From the human T2T-CHM13v2.0 reference genome, Homo sapiens, in the NCBI RefSeq assembly GCF_009914755.1, contig NC_060931.1: 64,000 nt of DNA. One strand, given 5' to 3'. Positions within the stretch are counted from its first letter, which is position 1, and the number at the start of each line of letters is the position of its first letter. Position numbers and translations under genes: made by a program. Under the pieces are notes generated by a model, which was not told the origin of the DNA, searched no databases, and saw only the letters and a program-made list of their open reading frames with translations. Positions 14,451-31,367 of the stretch are shown piece after piece.

Positions 14451-14562
14451 TTTGAGATAGGGGTCCTGCCGTGCTTCCCAGCTGGTCTTGAACTCCTAGG
14501 CTCAAACAATTCTCCTGCCTTAGCCTCCTAAGTAGCTGGGATTACAGGCATATGCTACCGTG
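14451..14562 (-). mobile_element. FLAM_A Alu monomer
   Basis: GCTGGTCTTGAACTCCTAGGCTCAAACAATTCTCCTGCCTTAGCCTCCTAAGTAGCTGGGATTACAGG. Confidence 0.8.
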
Positions 14563-15357
14563 ATAGTCTCTATTTGTGTAATTTAATTTGACTCAGGACT
14601 TTTACTTTAGAATGTTTTTCTTCTTTCTGAAGTGCAACTTTTAAAAGTCTACTACTAAAGAAAAATTAGATATAGATTCATTTATTAATGATTTTTTTTC
14701 TGATTCTAAAGTACCTTTATTTGTCCCAGTTACTTGAAGAATAATTTTTGTAGGTGTAAAATTTAAGGTTACAGTAATATTCTATTGATATTATATAGGA
14801 ATTTTAAAAAATTTCTTTAGACCTATCTGCCCAAATGCTATTTTTTCTGCTAGGTTTTTAAACAATTTAATCAATTTTTAAAACTTAAAATTTCAACTAT
14901 ATTTACCTATAGTTACAATTGGTTAGAATTTATTTCTAGTCGTTCTATATTGTTGTATTCCTAAAACTTCACATAGGTGGATGGTCTCTTTTTTTTTTAA
15001 CAATATTTGTCATAATCTTCTACATTTTCTTTTTGGTATAACATATTTTTGTTATAGTATCTATCTGGTAATTTCGGTGCTTAAAATGCTTTGCTTTCTG
15101 ATTCTGCAATTTATTTAAATTATTGATCAACATTTATGTCCACTTAGAAACAAAAATTATTTCAGCAGAATCATGTAGTAGCACTGGGAGCACCTTTCTA
15201 ATTTTGAATTTGTTAAAATTTTAGGATTATTAATTCTTAAAATTGTTTGCCTCTGAGTATTTATTTTTCTTTTTAAGGGTTGTACGTTAAAATAACCATT
15301 TTATTTTTATTCAGAATATTTGGTGTTTTGATACCAACATGGCTGTTTTTAGATATA

Positions 15358-15777
15358 TGTTTTTATTCATCCATTCTGTGTTGCTATAATTAAATACCTG
15401 AGACTGGGTAATTTATAAATAAAAGAGGTTTATTTAGGCTCATGATTCTGCAATGGCATCAGTATATGCTTAGCTTCTCGTGAGGCTTCAGGAAGCTTTT
15501 ACTCATGGCAGAAGGTGAAGTAAAAGTAGGCATGTCTTCTGGCAGGAGCGGAAGCAAGGGGTGGGGGTTGCCACACTCTTTTTTTTTTTTTTTTTTTACA
15601 ATCAGATCTCATAGTAACTAATAGAAAATTCACTAATTACTGTGGGGAGGTCATGAAGCCGCTCATGAAGAACCTACCCTCATGACCCAAACACCTCCCT
15701 TTCGGCCCCACTTTCAACAATGGGGAATCACATTTCGCCATGAGATTTCAAGGGGACAAATATTCAAACTATATCAT
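15358..15777 (-). mobile_element. MSTB-type MaLR solo LTR
   Basis: TTGCTATAA..ATACCTGAGACTGGGTAATTTATAAA..GGAAGCTTTTACTCATGGCAGAAGGTGAAG..CAAACTATATCA. Confidence 0.85.
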
Positions 15778-15935
15778 CTACTATATTGCATTCCCAGAAA
15801 TATAGCTATATAATATCATTTAATAACTTAGTGTTTATTTTCATGTAAGTGTCATCACTGTTTACCTAGTTTTCATTATTTAAATTTGTGTCCTATATTT
15901 TATCATTATTCTCAATAGTCATAAAAGGAATTAAC

Positions 15936-16335
15936 TGTTAGAGTTTGCATTTCCACTCCTAATTATATGTTAAAATTTAATTGCCACTGTTACAGCATTA
16001 AGAGGTGGGACCTTTAAGAGGAGATTAGGTCATAATTACACAGCTCTCATAAACAAATTAATGCTGTTATCATGGGAGTGGGTTAGAGCACGAGTGGGTT
16101 CCTGGTAAGGAGAATGAGTTTGGCCCAATTTGCCATCTCTGTCATGTGTATTCACTTTTCCTTCCACCTTCCACCTCCCAGCACAGAGTAGATGATGCAG
16201 TGTGAAGGCCTTTGCCAGATGGTAGCACCACGCCCTTGGACTTCCAGCCTCCAGAACCATGAGCCAAATAAACTGCTATTGTTTGAAAACTATCCAATCT
16301 TTGGTATTCTGCTATAGCAGGAAAGTATGTAAGAC
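15936..16335 (+). mobile_element. MSTD-type MaLR solo LTR
   Basis: TTAAGAGGTGGGACCTTTAAGAGG..CTTGGACTTCCAGCCTCCAGAACCATGAGCCAAATAAA..TAAGACA. Confidence 0.8.
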
Positions 16336-16407
16336 AGAAATTTGAGATACATATGGCCTTATTTCATAGCTGATGTCACCTTTACATTCTCTGAAGATTC
16401 AGATGCC

Positions 16408-16471
16408 AAAATAATAAAAATAATAATAATAATAAAGTAATAATAACAATAATAATACTAAAATAATAATA
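16408..16471. repeat. (AAT)n imperfect microsatellite
   Basis: Direct reading. Confidence 0.9.
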
Positions 16472-16829
16472 GCAATCCAAAAAAACTATGAAAAGCCAAC
16501 CTGAATTTTGTAAAATTTTAAGTTGCTAAGGATTCAGAAATCTACTAAACAGGGGAAGCCTAATAAACACATAATATTCTGAACCTACAACACAAGTGTA
16601 TGAGTATGATTTTATGAAACAGAGCCAAATAGGAGATAGACTAAGCCTAACAAAATGGCAAATTTGATGGGATTAAGTTTAGTCTCAGAGAAGTTTTGTA
16701 ATCAAGAACCTTAACCGGTTAAGATGAATTCTCAATAGAAAAATAATCCCATATAGAGCCTCTTTTCACTTTGGCCATATTTTTCTGCCTTTTGCAACAC
16801 TGTAAATCTACTGGTATGATAAAGAACAA

Positions 16830-18235
<1,406 letters not shown>

Positions 18236-18299
18236 AAATTTGTGAAATGAAAAATAAAGCAACTTTAAAATAGATTCCTGATATGTTATCATAGTTTGG

Positions 18300-18455
18300 G
18301 TACACAAAGAAATTGGATGTAGAGGATCAGAGAAAGCAATAAGTCAGATAGGCTCCAAGTTGTTCGCCTGAGCAACTGGAAAGATGGAGGAAACTGTGAG
18401 TGTAGCAGGCTTGATGGTGTGGGGAGATGGGATGTTCGGTTGGGATATGTTTACA
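18300..18455 (-). mobile_element. L2 fragment
   Basis: CTCCAAG..GCCTGAGCAACTGGAAAGATGGAG..GGGATATGTT. Confidence 0.65.
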
Positions 18456-19007
18456 CACACAACAGAAATATAGGTGTTTTTTTTTTTCTGCAAATTCACG
18501 TTGACTGGACTTACCCCTTGTCTCTCCTTTTTCTTATATTTTATATGACTGACACATCCTTTCCTCGTATGGCAGACTTGGAATTTTTTCTAATATTTTA
18601 ATCCAATTTTGAGCATTTTTGACTGTGTCCTCAATTTGCTCACATCACACTTTAACTCTCAGGGACAAGCTCAATTTTCCAGACTCAGGAGTAGCTTCAT
18701 AAATGCCCCTCTACATCATGCTTAGCAATTTGGTTAAAATTATGGAAAAGTACATATTTTTATTAATTTAGGCTGGAGTTAAATTACAAGCTCTTTCTCC
18801 AGATTTCATGAATTAAGTATTTAATATTCTCAGGAAGAAATAGCATTTCCTTTACTATTGAGAATTTAAAAACTGATATGACTTTAATGCTGCTTGTTGT
18901 ATTACATGTCAAATGACAATAAAAATTCTTGTTAATTATAAAAAAGTTGACACAAATTTATCAATGGAATAATTTTGAAAAATTTTGCTATGATGAAAAT
19001 AAGCTAA

Positions 19008-19324
19008 CTTTTTTTTTTTTTTTTTGAGGCAGGGTCTCCCTCTGTCACCTAGAGGGACAGCTAGAATGCAATGGTACGACCCCAGCTCACTGCAGCCTCA
19101 ACCTCCCAGGCACAAGCGATCCTCCCAACTCTGTCCCGAGTAGCTGGGACAGATTATTACAAGCATGCACCACCACATCCAGCTATTTTTGTTTATTTTT
19201 TTATTTTGTATAGACAGAGTCTCCCTATGTTGCCCAGGCTGGTCTCAAACTCCTGGCTTTAAGCAATTCTCCCACCTCGGCCTCCCACAGTGCAGATTAT
19301 AGATGTGAGCCACAACGACTGGCC
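19008..19324 (-). mobile_element. AluJ
   Basis: CAGGGTCTC, GCAGCCTCAACCTCCC and CTATGTTGCCCAGGCTGGTCTCAAACTCCTGG are J-type diagnostics. Confidence 0.9.
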
Positions 19325-20571
19325 AAAACTTTTAAGTTTGTGTTTCAATCATATTACATGAGGCAAAATAAGAAAATGTATTATCAATATAAATTCTTGC
19401 ATGCTATATTTACATAGCCAAATTATATTTAAAACTACGTATTTCAGTAATGTTGATCTAAAATTAATTTCACATTCTACACCTGTCAATTAATTTTAGT
19501 AAATAGACAATCAGGCTGAAAACAATTTCATCAAATCAATTGGTTTGCATTCATGTGTACTTAAAAATTATGCGTTTACTCAAAACTGAAAATAAATGGT
19601 TTAAATATCATATGAATCAAATAAACATTTGTTTTACCTTTTCTTTCCAAAATTATGTTGATGCCTAAGTATAAACACAGTCTATTTAAGAGCACAAAAA
19701 TACCTTGAATACTTTGTTTAATACTCATTAACATAAATCAGGGAATTAAAGAAAAATGTTTCTGATTAGAGGGTAATGTTGGATTTTTATTGCACTATTT
19801 TGAAATTCAATGACCAAATGAGTTTTTTTTCTGCATACTTTGAAAACCATTTTAGGACACTTATACTACTGTGTTTTTTTCAGGATTTGAGGAATAGTTA
19901 GACATATTCCAAAAACTGGATACTTACAACACTGGAGCAGTTGGTAAAATGCATATACATTAACTAGGAAATTTATCTCTAAAGGATCATTTTGAATGGC
20001 AATTTTAACACTGTAAAAACCCATCAATTAAATATCAAATAGAGGAAGTTATAGCTTTTGGTAAGCATAGGCTGGGTCCGATTTTTCTTTCCTTTTCTCA
20101 ATTTCTCCCTTTTTCAGAAAAAGAGCCTAAAGAAAGACTGGTCATACTTGCGGATCTGAAGCCGGGCCTCAGAATGAACAGGATTGTGACTTGTTAGTTA
20201 AGGGTGTTTATGAAATTCTCCAGGGTACTATGACAGCAACTAGGGTTGGCTCAGAAGACTCTATTCAGATATGTGATGTTGGGAAATGATGGCAACTAGC
20301 ACTCTGGGGTTGCACATAATCAAGCCTGATGAGATTCTCCAGTTGGAATTTAGAGAAGAGCCCTAGAAAAAAGGTTCTTTTTCTAGTCAGAGCTACCTAG
20401 AAGATTAGAGACATAAAGAGCATTTAGAGAAGTTCAAATTACACCTGAATAAGATTTCTAAATCAGTTGCATTCATCATCCATAAAAATGGTGGTCAAGA
20501 AGAGGAATACTATATTTGGGAACAAATTGCTCTAGTGATTTTAGTTATAAAAAATCTATATGATAAGACAC

Positions 20572-21010
20572 TGCAATGTGTTACTTTTATGGGTCTACTT
20601 AATTAGGCCATAGGGTGCCCAGATATTTGGTTAACCATAATTTTGGGGTGTGTCTATGATGGTGTTTCTGGGTGAGATTAGCAGTTGAATAGGTATACTG
20701 AGTCAAGAAGCTTGCCCTCCTCAGTGTATTCAGACCTCATCCAAATTGTTGAAGGTCTAAATAAAATAAAAGCCTGAGTAAGAAAGAATTTTTCTTTCGG
20801 CCTTTCTGTCTTCAGTCTGGTTTATGAATCTTCTTTTGCCTTAAGACTTGGACTCAGGCTCACAATTAGCTCTTCTGGTTCTCAGACCTTTGGATTTGGA
20901 CTACAGCTGTATCATCAGCTCTCATGGGTCTCTGGCTTTCCCACTACAGATCTTGGACTTCTTAGCCTTCAAAATCACATAATTCAGAGAGAGAGAGAGC
21001 GAGAAAGAGA
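20572..21010 (+). mobile_element. MLT2B-type ERVL LTR ending in (GA)n
   Basis: GGGTGCCCAGATATTTGGTTAA..GAGATTAGCA..TTGCCCTCC..GATCTTGGACTTCTTAGCCTTC. Confidence 0.8.
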
Positions 21011-21011
21011 G

Positions 21012-22206
<1,195 letters not shown>

Positions 22207-23049
22207 TTAATACACTAGTACACATATAATTATGTAATATATCCTCCAAGAAAGACAGTTGATGAGTATATGAATATGAGAAATCACTCCTCAAAATAAA
22301 ATAAGAGAAAATTTATCCTAAGGGAAACCTCATAGTTAAAATAAGAGGACTATGAGGAAAAAAAGAGTTTTTCAGAATTTATTTTTCCACCAAAACGAAG
22401 GAGACACCCTCCCTGTCTGCCAGAGAGCACAGGCAAGCTAGAAATCACGTGATTGTTCTCATGTAGATGTGCATTCAGAAGAAATTATATCTCATTTTTA
22501 TTCAAGCATGCACACAGCAGGCAAACCAAATAAATGTATTACAACATATGCCTAAGGAATGTGGGACATCCTTCCAGTAAAACTCAAGCTGGAAATCCTA
22601 TGAACTTCCTCATGTGGCAATGCTTTCAAAAGTACCAGTTGTCACTGACCATCAGACTGTCAGTGAATAAACCTTACAAATGTAGTAAGTGTCAGTAGTC
22701 TTTCAGTCAAAAGTAAAGCCTCATTGTCCATCAGGGAACTCACAAAGCAAAAATAGTAAAAATATAGTAAGTTATGTCATTTTTTTGTGATGGCTTTGCA
22801 ACATATTGAATACCTTTATTGTAAAAAAAAAAAATCTGGAATCATCCAGGAAACCACTACTTCCATGCCATTATAACAACATAATGTTAATTGTGATAGA
22901 ATATTCAGCATTTTAAATAACCATGATGCATAATTATTTATCTACTATGCTAGCAAATGTTAGCATGAGAGGGGTAAGGTTATAGGTGCTCTACTACATC
23001 ATAATAAAGAATGGATTTTTGTTTGTTTGTTTTTATGTTTCCCATTGTT

Positions 23050-24580
<1,531 letters not shown>

Positions 24581-24659
24581 TGGATATCATAACATTTTTA
24601 TGAATTGCCTGACATTTGTCCATACCACCTTTTCCCCACATTTGCAGTTGTATACTTTC

Positions 24660-25110
24660 TTAAAATAAATTCTATGTTTTAGATCAGTTTCTGATTCACA
24701 GAAAACTTGAATAGAAATCAGAGAGTTTCCATTTACTCCCGTACCTCCTACACATACACCGCCTCCCCCATGTCAATGTCTCCCACCAGAGTGACACATT
24801 TGCTATAATGGATGAAACTACATTGAAACATCATTATCAGCCAAAGCCAATAGTTTACATTGGTGTTCTCTCTTGGTGTTGTACATTCTGTGACTTTTGA
24901 CAGAAGTATAATGACACATGTCCTCCATTATACTGTCATACACAGTATGTCTCACTGCCATAAACTTCTCCTGTGCTCCGCATTTTCATCCTTCTTTCTC
25001 CTATGCCCTGGCATCCACTGAGCTTTCTAGCATCTGCATAGTTTTGCCTTTTCCAGAATGTCATATATTTGGAATCCTACAGTATACAGGCTTTTCAGAT
25101 TGACTTCTTT
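24660..25110 (-). mobile_element. L1MC1-like 3' UTR
   Basis: CCCACCAGAGTGACACATTTG..CATCATTATCA..ATAGTTTACATT..TTTTGCCTTTTCCAGAATGTCATAT. Confidence 0.8.
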
Positions 25111-25215
25111 GTGACTGTGTGCTTTTTTTTTTTTTATCACTTCTTCATGTAGCTACAATGCCATAATTCAATTTTCTACAAAGATAAAAGAAAACTAACA
25201 CAGTCTTTAGTCTGG

Positions 25216-25606
<391 letters not shown>

Positions 25607-26559
25607 TACAGTTTGTTTCTAATATAATAATTTACAAGAGTTTCTTTCAGCCTCAAAGTGTTTAGAATATTTTTCAAAATATCTTTCAGATTAATTTTAG
25701 GTCAATTTAGGTTTTCCTGTGTAGTAACTAATGCTAAATGTTTCTAGCATTGATAATATTAATTAACCAGCTTGTCTTCAAGATGTCAGTACATCAGTGT
25801 CTGTGTTAGGTGACCTATGGTGAGTTTTATGTTGTCTGCATTGACATAACTACTTCATGTAATTCAGGAAGAAATTTAAATATTTTCCAATATTTCATAT
25901 GGCACAACCTTATTCATTATGTACGTCTGAAATTCACTTATTACTTTAACTGTATTTTCATTATTGTGGTAATTTTGCTCTTTATGTCAGAATAGTATTA
26001 ATCAATTAATTACTCCTTTTAAGTGCTTTAAAAATCATTAATTTTTAGATAAATTTCCTTTCAGTAATATAGTACATAAATCTAAAAATGTTGAAAAAGT
26101 TATCTTCATATTCTTCCAAGTTAGAAGGTTCTAATTTATCACTTGTTTTATTAAAAAGTTTCTATATATATTTCCAAATTATAGTCGAATGGCATAATAC
26201 CAACTCAGATTCCCTTTCTCAAGATTTCAAAGATGCTTTTGGCCAGCCTAATTCTTTATGACGTAAGTGGAGTGGAATGAAAATGAAATAATAACCTTAA
26301 CCCATTTGTGCTTAAATATCAGTTGCAAATATAAATGCATATGGCCATGAGAACACAAGGCTATCACTACTCCCCCACTCCCAAAGCTTTTGAAGAGATT
26401 GGTGTATATGAGGGGTCTTGAGATTTTAGCCTGGAAGGAAGCATGGTGAGTATGAGAGAGATAAAGGTTGGTATGTTGGAAAGAAATCAAAAATTGGTTA
26501 TATAAATATGGAGAGTTAATTAAGATTGAAAGCATGCTGGGGTCCTGTGGTTCATGTCT

Positions 26560-27715
26560 TCATCCTATAAGCATGAGGAATCTATTGATGGGTAAAGCTG
26601 CAGAAAGACACAGTCTGGTGTATGTTTTCAAGGAATGCTTAAGGCTATCAATTGAAAGGGTGACAAAGTGAAAACGCATTAATGAAAAGGCACAGGATGA
26701 CTGTAACAGGGACTAGACTATGAGTGGAGGAGATGTAGATAACTAGGGTAGATCTTAAAAATGTTTAGGTGAAATCAATAGAATTTGGAGATGGAGAAGA
26801 TATGAAGGATGGTGAAAAGGGGAATTTAAAAATATCAATACAAGAAAGTCATTAGAATTTGGAGATGAAGAAGATGTGGCAAGGTCATTAAAACAGGACG
26901 TTTTAAGATATTCATGTCAAAGATGTTTGAGCCAGAGCGACTTCATCTTGAATACCAGCTAGAGAAGATGAGGATGGGACTTGCTGGGCTGGATTCCCAG
27001 GAGGTTAGGCATTCTTAGTCACAGGATGGAGGTTGGCAGGCCTGGTATCACAAGACACAGGTCATAAAGACCCTGCCGAGAAACAGGATGTGGTAAAGAA
27101 GCTGGCCCAAACCCACCAAAACCAAGATGGTGAAGAAAGGGACTTCTGGTCATCCTCACTGCTCATTATACAAGAATTATAATGCATCGGCTGCTAAAAG
27201 ACACTCCCACCAGTGCCATGAAAGTTTACAAAAGCCTTGGCAATGTCTGGAATTTACCTTATATGGTCTAAAAAGGAGAGGAACCCTCAGTTCTTGGGAA
27301 CTGGCTGCCCCTTTCCCAGAGAACTCATGAATATTTCACCCTTGGTTTACCATATGAACAAAAAATAAGCATAAAAATTGCCAACAAGCAGCCCTCTGGG
27401 CTGCTCTGTCTATGAAGTAGCCCTTCTTTTGTTTTTTTACCTCTCTAGTAAACTCGCTTTCACTTTACTGTATAGATTCCCTCCAAATTCTTTACTGTAT
27501 AGACTCCCTCCAAATTCTTTCCTGCATGAGATCTAAGAACCCTCTTTTGGGATCTGGATGGGGACTCCTTTCTGGTAACATTAATACTAGTTTCTGATAT
27601 ATGCAACTTCAATGAATGGTGGGTGTTCCCCTGACATTAGAACTCTGGAAGTTATTGGCTTAAATCCGTGCCTTTGGTTTTGAATAGATTAAATTTGAGG
27701 TGCATTTGAGACAGA
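26560..27715 (-). mobile_element. L2 remnant split by MER41B
   Basis: TAGGTGAAATCAATAGAATTTGGAGATG.. before the LTR and TTTGGTTTTGAATAGATTAAATTTGAGGTGCATTTGAGACA after it. Confidence 0.6.
26915..27580 (+). mobile_element. MER41B solo LTR (ERV1)
   Basis: TGTCAAAGATGTTTGAGCCAGAGCGACTTCATCTTGAATA..CACCAAAACCAAGATGG..CCTTTCTGGTAACA; TG..CA termini; TSD ttca/ttaa. Confidence 0.9.
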
Positions 27716-27811
27716 AAAGATATCAACTCCTGCACTTAAGCTACGATGATGAAGATAATGTTTTTAATCATATTTTCAAATTCCATTAGCTTTCTTAATC
27801 TTTATATAATC

Positions 27812-27853
27812 TTTTATAAATCTTAAATAATATTTTATAAATCTTAAATAATA
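27812..27853. repeat. 21-bp tandem duplication
   Basis: ttttataaatcttaaataata twice. Confidence 0.9.
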
Positions 27854-29298
27854 TTTAAGTATTCTTATTATTTTCCCAAGTTATGTATTGAATTACATTT
27901 TCTGAGTTCTGACACTAAAAGTCCCAATTATTTTGGTGAATCTATGTAATATGTTTCTTATGTCTCTTTATTCCTATAATTTCTATTTATAATTTATACT
28001 TTTTAAAATACACAACATTTAAGAACATTTGGTGTAACTTAGTTGTCTACGTTATTGTTGGATGAAATAAGAATGATCTTTAAACATAAATTACTTTTCT
28101 AAAGTTCTCAAAGTCATCAAAATATTTTAATTTTCTAAAAATTATTTTTAGGGCTGACAATTATAAAAACAAATAGTGATAAATCACCAATGTGCATTTC
28201 CTTATATTTTACTTACCATTTTTAAATGCATGGTGCAGAAGTAAAGATGATTTTAAAATGATTTTCTGATCACATAGCTAATAAGCAAGTTTTTTCAACT
28301 ATCCATAAATTATTAAAGCTTCTAATGAATAGAGCTACCTTAAACACAGCACCTGACATAATGTTCATTGATTTTTTTCTAATTCCAAGCAATCCTGGGT
28401 TCTCTGTGTTTCTCAGAATTGTTTTTGCAGCTGTGGCCAACAGAGCCCTTGACCTACAGATTCCCCAGAGCACCCTTTTAGTTCTGATTTTCCTGGAACT
28501 TGAGAGGATTTGTATTGCAATCATGTATTCTGTTTACTGCAGACATGCACATCAACAGATACAAGTGGTGTGTGAGCCCCACTGAAACCTGACACTTAAT
28601 ATCACACCCTCGCCAGTGCTAAGAAATTCAGGGGCTCCTGCTATGTGTGTGTATTGTGTTGTATGTTAGGAAGCATGGTGGTGGGAAGGGCAGAGGATGG
28701 CACCAGATGGGATTAAGGGCCTGTGGTGCCTCTTGCTCCACCAGAGCCTCCTGCACATGACTTTCTGCCAGCAGCACCTCACCCAGGCCATTCTGCAGAC
28801 GTTCCCTGTACTTAGATCTCAGGCCCTGGCATACCCACATGACTAGAAAAATTAAATTAATATTTTATGACATATGGGGCTTTCAGTGAACTTGGATGGA
28901 AGCACATACATACACCATTCACATGGAATGGTAATACATAGCCTATGGTATCCTAACACATTGTAGGAGGAAAAGTCCCACCATTTTATAAACCATTAGA
29001 AGCATAACTTAGGAGATTGCATCCTCTCCTACAATGAGAGGTGATGCCACTCAGTCCTTACATCACGATAATTGTTAAATCTAAGATTATCCTCTCCCCT
29101 CCCCACAAAAAAATAATTCTATACAAACACACACTCACTTGTAAGAGCAAATTAGGCTTTGAAGATAGTTTATCTGACACTTTTCAGCACGTTAAGAAAT
29201 TTGTAAAATCAATGAAAAATAAGAGGTTGATGATTACAGAAAATTAGAAAACTGTCTTTTGTTACATGAGTTCTCAATTAAGCATGGAAATATGGTAG

Positions 29299-29300
<2 letters not shown>

Positions 29301-29341
<41 letters not shown>
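29301..29341. repeat. Perfect (AT)20 microsatellite
   Basis: Direct reading. Confidence 0.98.
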
Positions 29342-29345
<4 letters not shown>

Positions 29346-29479
29346 ATGGATACTTGATTCTTTGACCTGCATGTACGTCTTTCTTATCCTGACACAGATT
29401 CTGACAGAGCTCAGAAATATACATGGATTGATGACATAAGAGAAAATTATACATTTTACTTCTAAGTTGCTCATGGGAC

Positions 29480-30262
29480 ATGGCTAAGTTAAGCTAATTA
29501 ACTTAACACAATACCCCACATACTTATCATTTTCTTTTTGCCGCAAACACTTAAAAATATATTTTTAAGTATAATTTCTGGTATACAATATATTGTTATT
29601 AACTATAGTTACCATGTTATACAATAGAGCTCTTGAACTAATTCCTCCTATCTTCTAGAAATTTCGTATCCTTCGACCAATGCTCCTCAATCCCTTCCCT
29701 CCCCAACCACCATTCTCTGCTTCTATGAATTCACCTGTTAATATTCTATGTATAAATAGCTCATACAGTATTTGCCTTTCTTTGTTTGCCATATTTTGCT
29801 TAATGTTTTCCAGGTTCATTCACATCGTTGCAAAATGACAGAATTTCGCTATTTCTAAAGGCTGAATAGTATCCCACTGTGTAAATGTACCACATTTTCT
29901 TGAACCATTTATCCATTGATGGACATTTAGGTTGATTTCATATCCTGGCTTTTGTAAATAATGCTGCTAAGGACTTGGGAATGAAAATATTTCTTTGATA
30001 TACTGATTTTATTTCCCTTGTATATATACCCAGTGTAAAATTTCTGGATCACGTTAGTTTTATTTTAATTTGAGAAATCTTCGTACTGTTTTCTATAATG
30101 GCTGTACTCATTTACTTTCTTATCAAGAATATACAAGGGTTCCATTTTCTCCATATCCTGGCCAACATTTGTAATCTTCTATTGTTTCGTTATTAACTGT
30201 TTCAACAGATGTGACATTTTGTTTTTGATTTGCGTTTATCTGAGGTTGAGTGACATTGAGCA
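29480..30262 (-). mobile_element. L1MA-type 3' segment
   Basis: TTATTAACTATAGTTACCATGTTATACAATAGAGCTCTTGAACT..GGCTGAATAGTATCCCACTGTG..TGACATTGAGCA. Confidence 0.85.
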
Positions 30263-30692
30263 ATGAATGATGTTGGAAAAACTGGACGTAGACATGTGGA
30301 AGAATGAATTTGGACCATTATCTCACACTATATATGAAAACCAACTTAAAATGGATTGAAGACTTCAACATAAGACCTGGAACCATAAAAATACTAGAAG
30401 AAAACAGGGAGAAAAGATTCTTGACATTGATCTGGGCTATGTTTTGGATATAATATCAAATAAAAAGATCTGTACAGGAAACAAACAATCCATAGAGTAA
30501 CAAGACAACCTATGGCATAAGAAAAAGTATTCGTAAAGTATACATCTAATAAGGAGTTAATATTCAAAAATATGAAGACTCTAAATAACTCAATAGTAAG
30601 AAAATAAATAGCCCAGTTAAAAACTGAACAAAGGACCCGGATAGACATTTCTCAAGAAAGACAAACAGATAATCAACAGTTATTTTTTAAAA
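30261..30692 (+). mobile_element. Inverted 5' segment of the same L1MA (ORF2 region)
   Basis: CAATGAATGATGTTGGAAAAACTGG..AAAATGGATTGAAGACTT..ATAGACATTTCTCAA. Confidence 0.8.
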
Positions 30693-31322
30693 TACTAGAT
30701 TTTTTTTTACTTCATGCATAGTGCGCACATTGACCTAATAAGAAAAATAGTAAAAACTTTCTACTGTCAAGATTGTAACTTTTACAAATCATCTTAAAGT
30801 CCATTGGGAACGAAATTGCTAATGAATGTAATCATTTAACATGCACTTTCAAATAAGCAGGCAATTGACTGGTGCGGTTCTCACTTTCCATTTACTTTTA
30901 AAAGCAGTTAGAGCTCCACCTTCCTTTAAATTCTTATTAGGTCTTAAAACACTGAGCCAATATTTATTATTCCTTTGATAGTGTAAGTCAAAAATAAAAC
31001 ACTGAATTTAGAGCTATTTAAAAATTTAGAAGTAGTGGAATATAATTCTTCTCCATGTACTGCTATTTACTTTAAACTAAGAACCCTTCTGTAAATTTCT
31101 TTTTACATATACTCCTTAGTTTCTATACCTTTCCTGAAAGTGTTTAATGAATTTTAAGACACTTCAAATTCAAAATTCAGGGAAAAAGTACTTATTTTTT
31201 ATTGAGCAAAATTTGAATACCTCCAGAGTACTTCTCAAGATTAGATTTTTAAACATAACACTGTCACACTGTTCTAAAGCTTAAAACCAGGAGAAAATCT
31301 TATATTTTTTATTCTACATTGA

Positions 31323-31367
31323 TGTGTGTGTGTGTGTGTGTGCACGTGCATGCATACATGTGTGTGT
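31323..31367. repeat. Alternating purine-pyrimidine tract (TG)n-CACGTGCATGCATACA-(TG)n
   Basis: About 45 nt of unbroken RY alternation. Confidence 0.9.
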
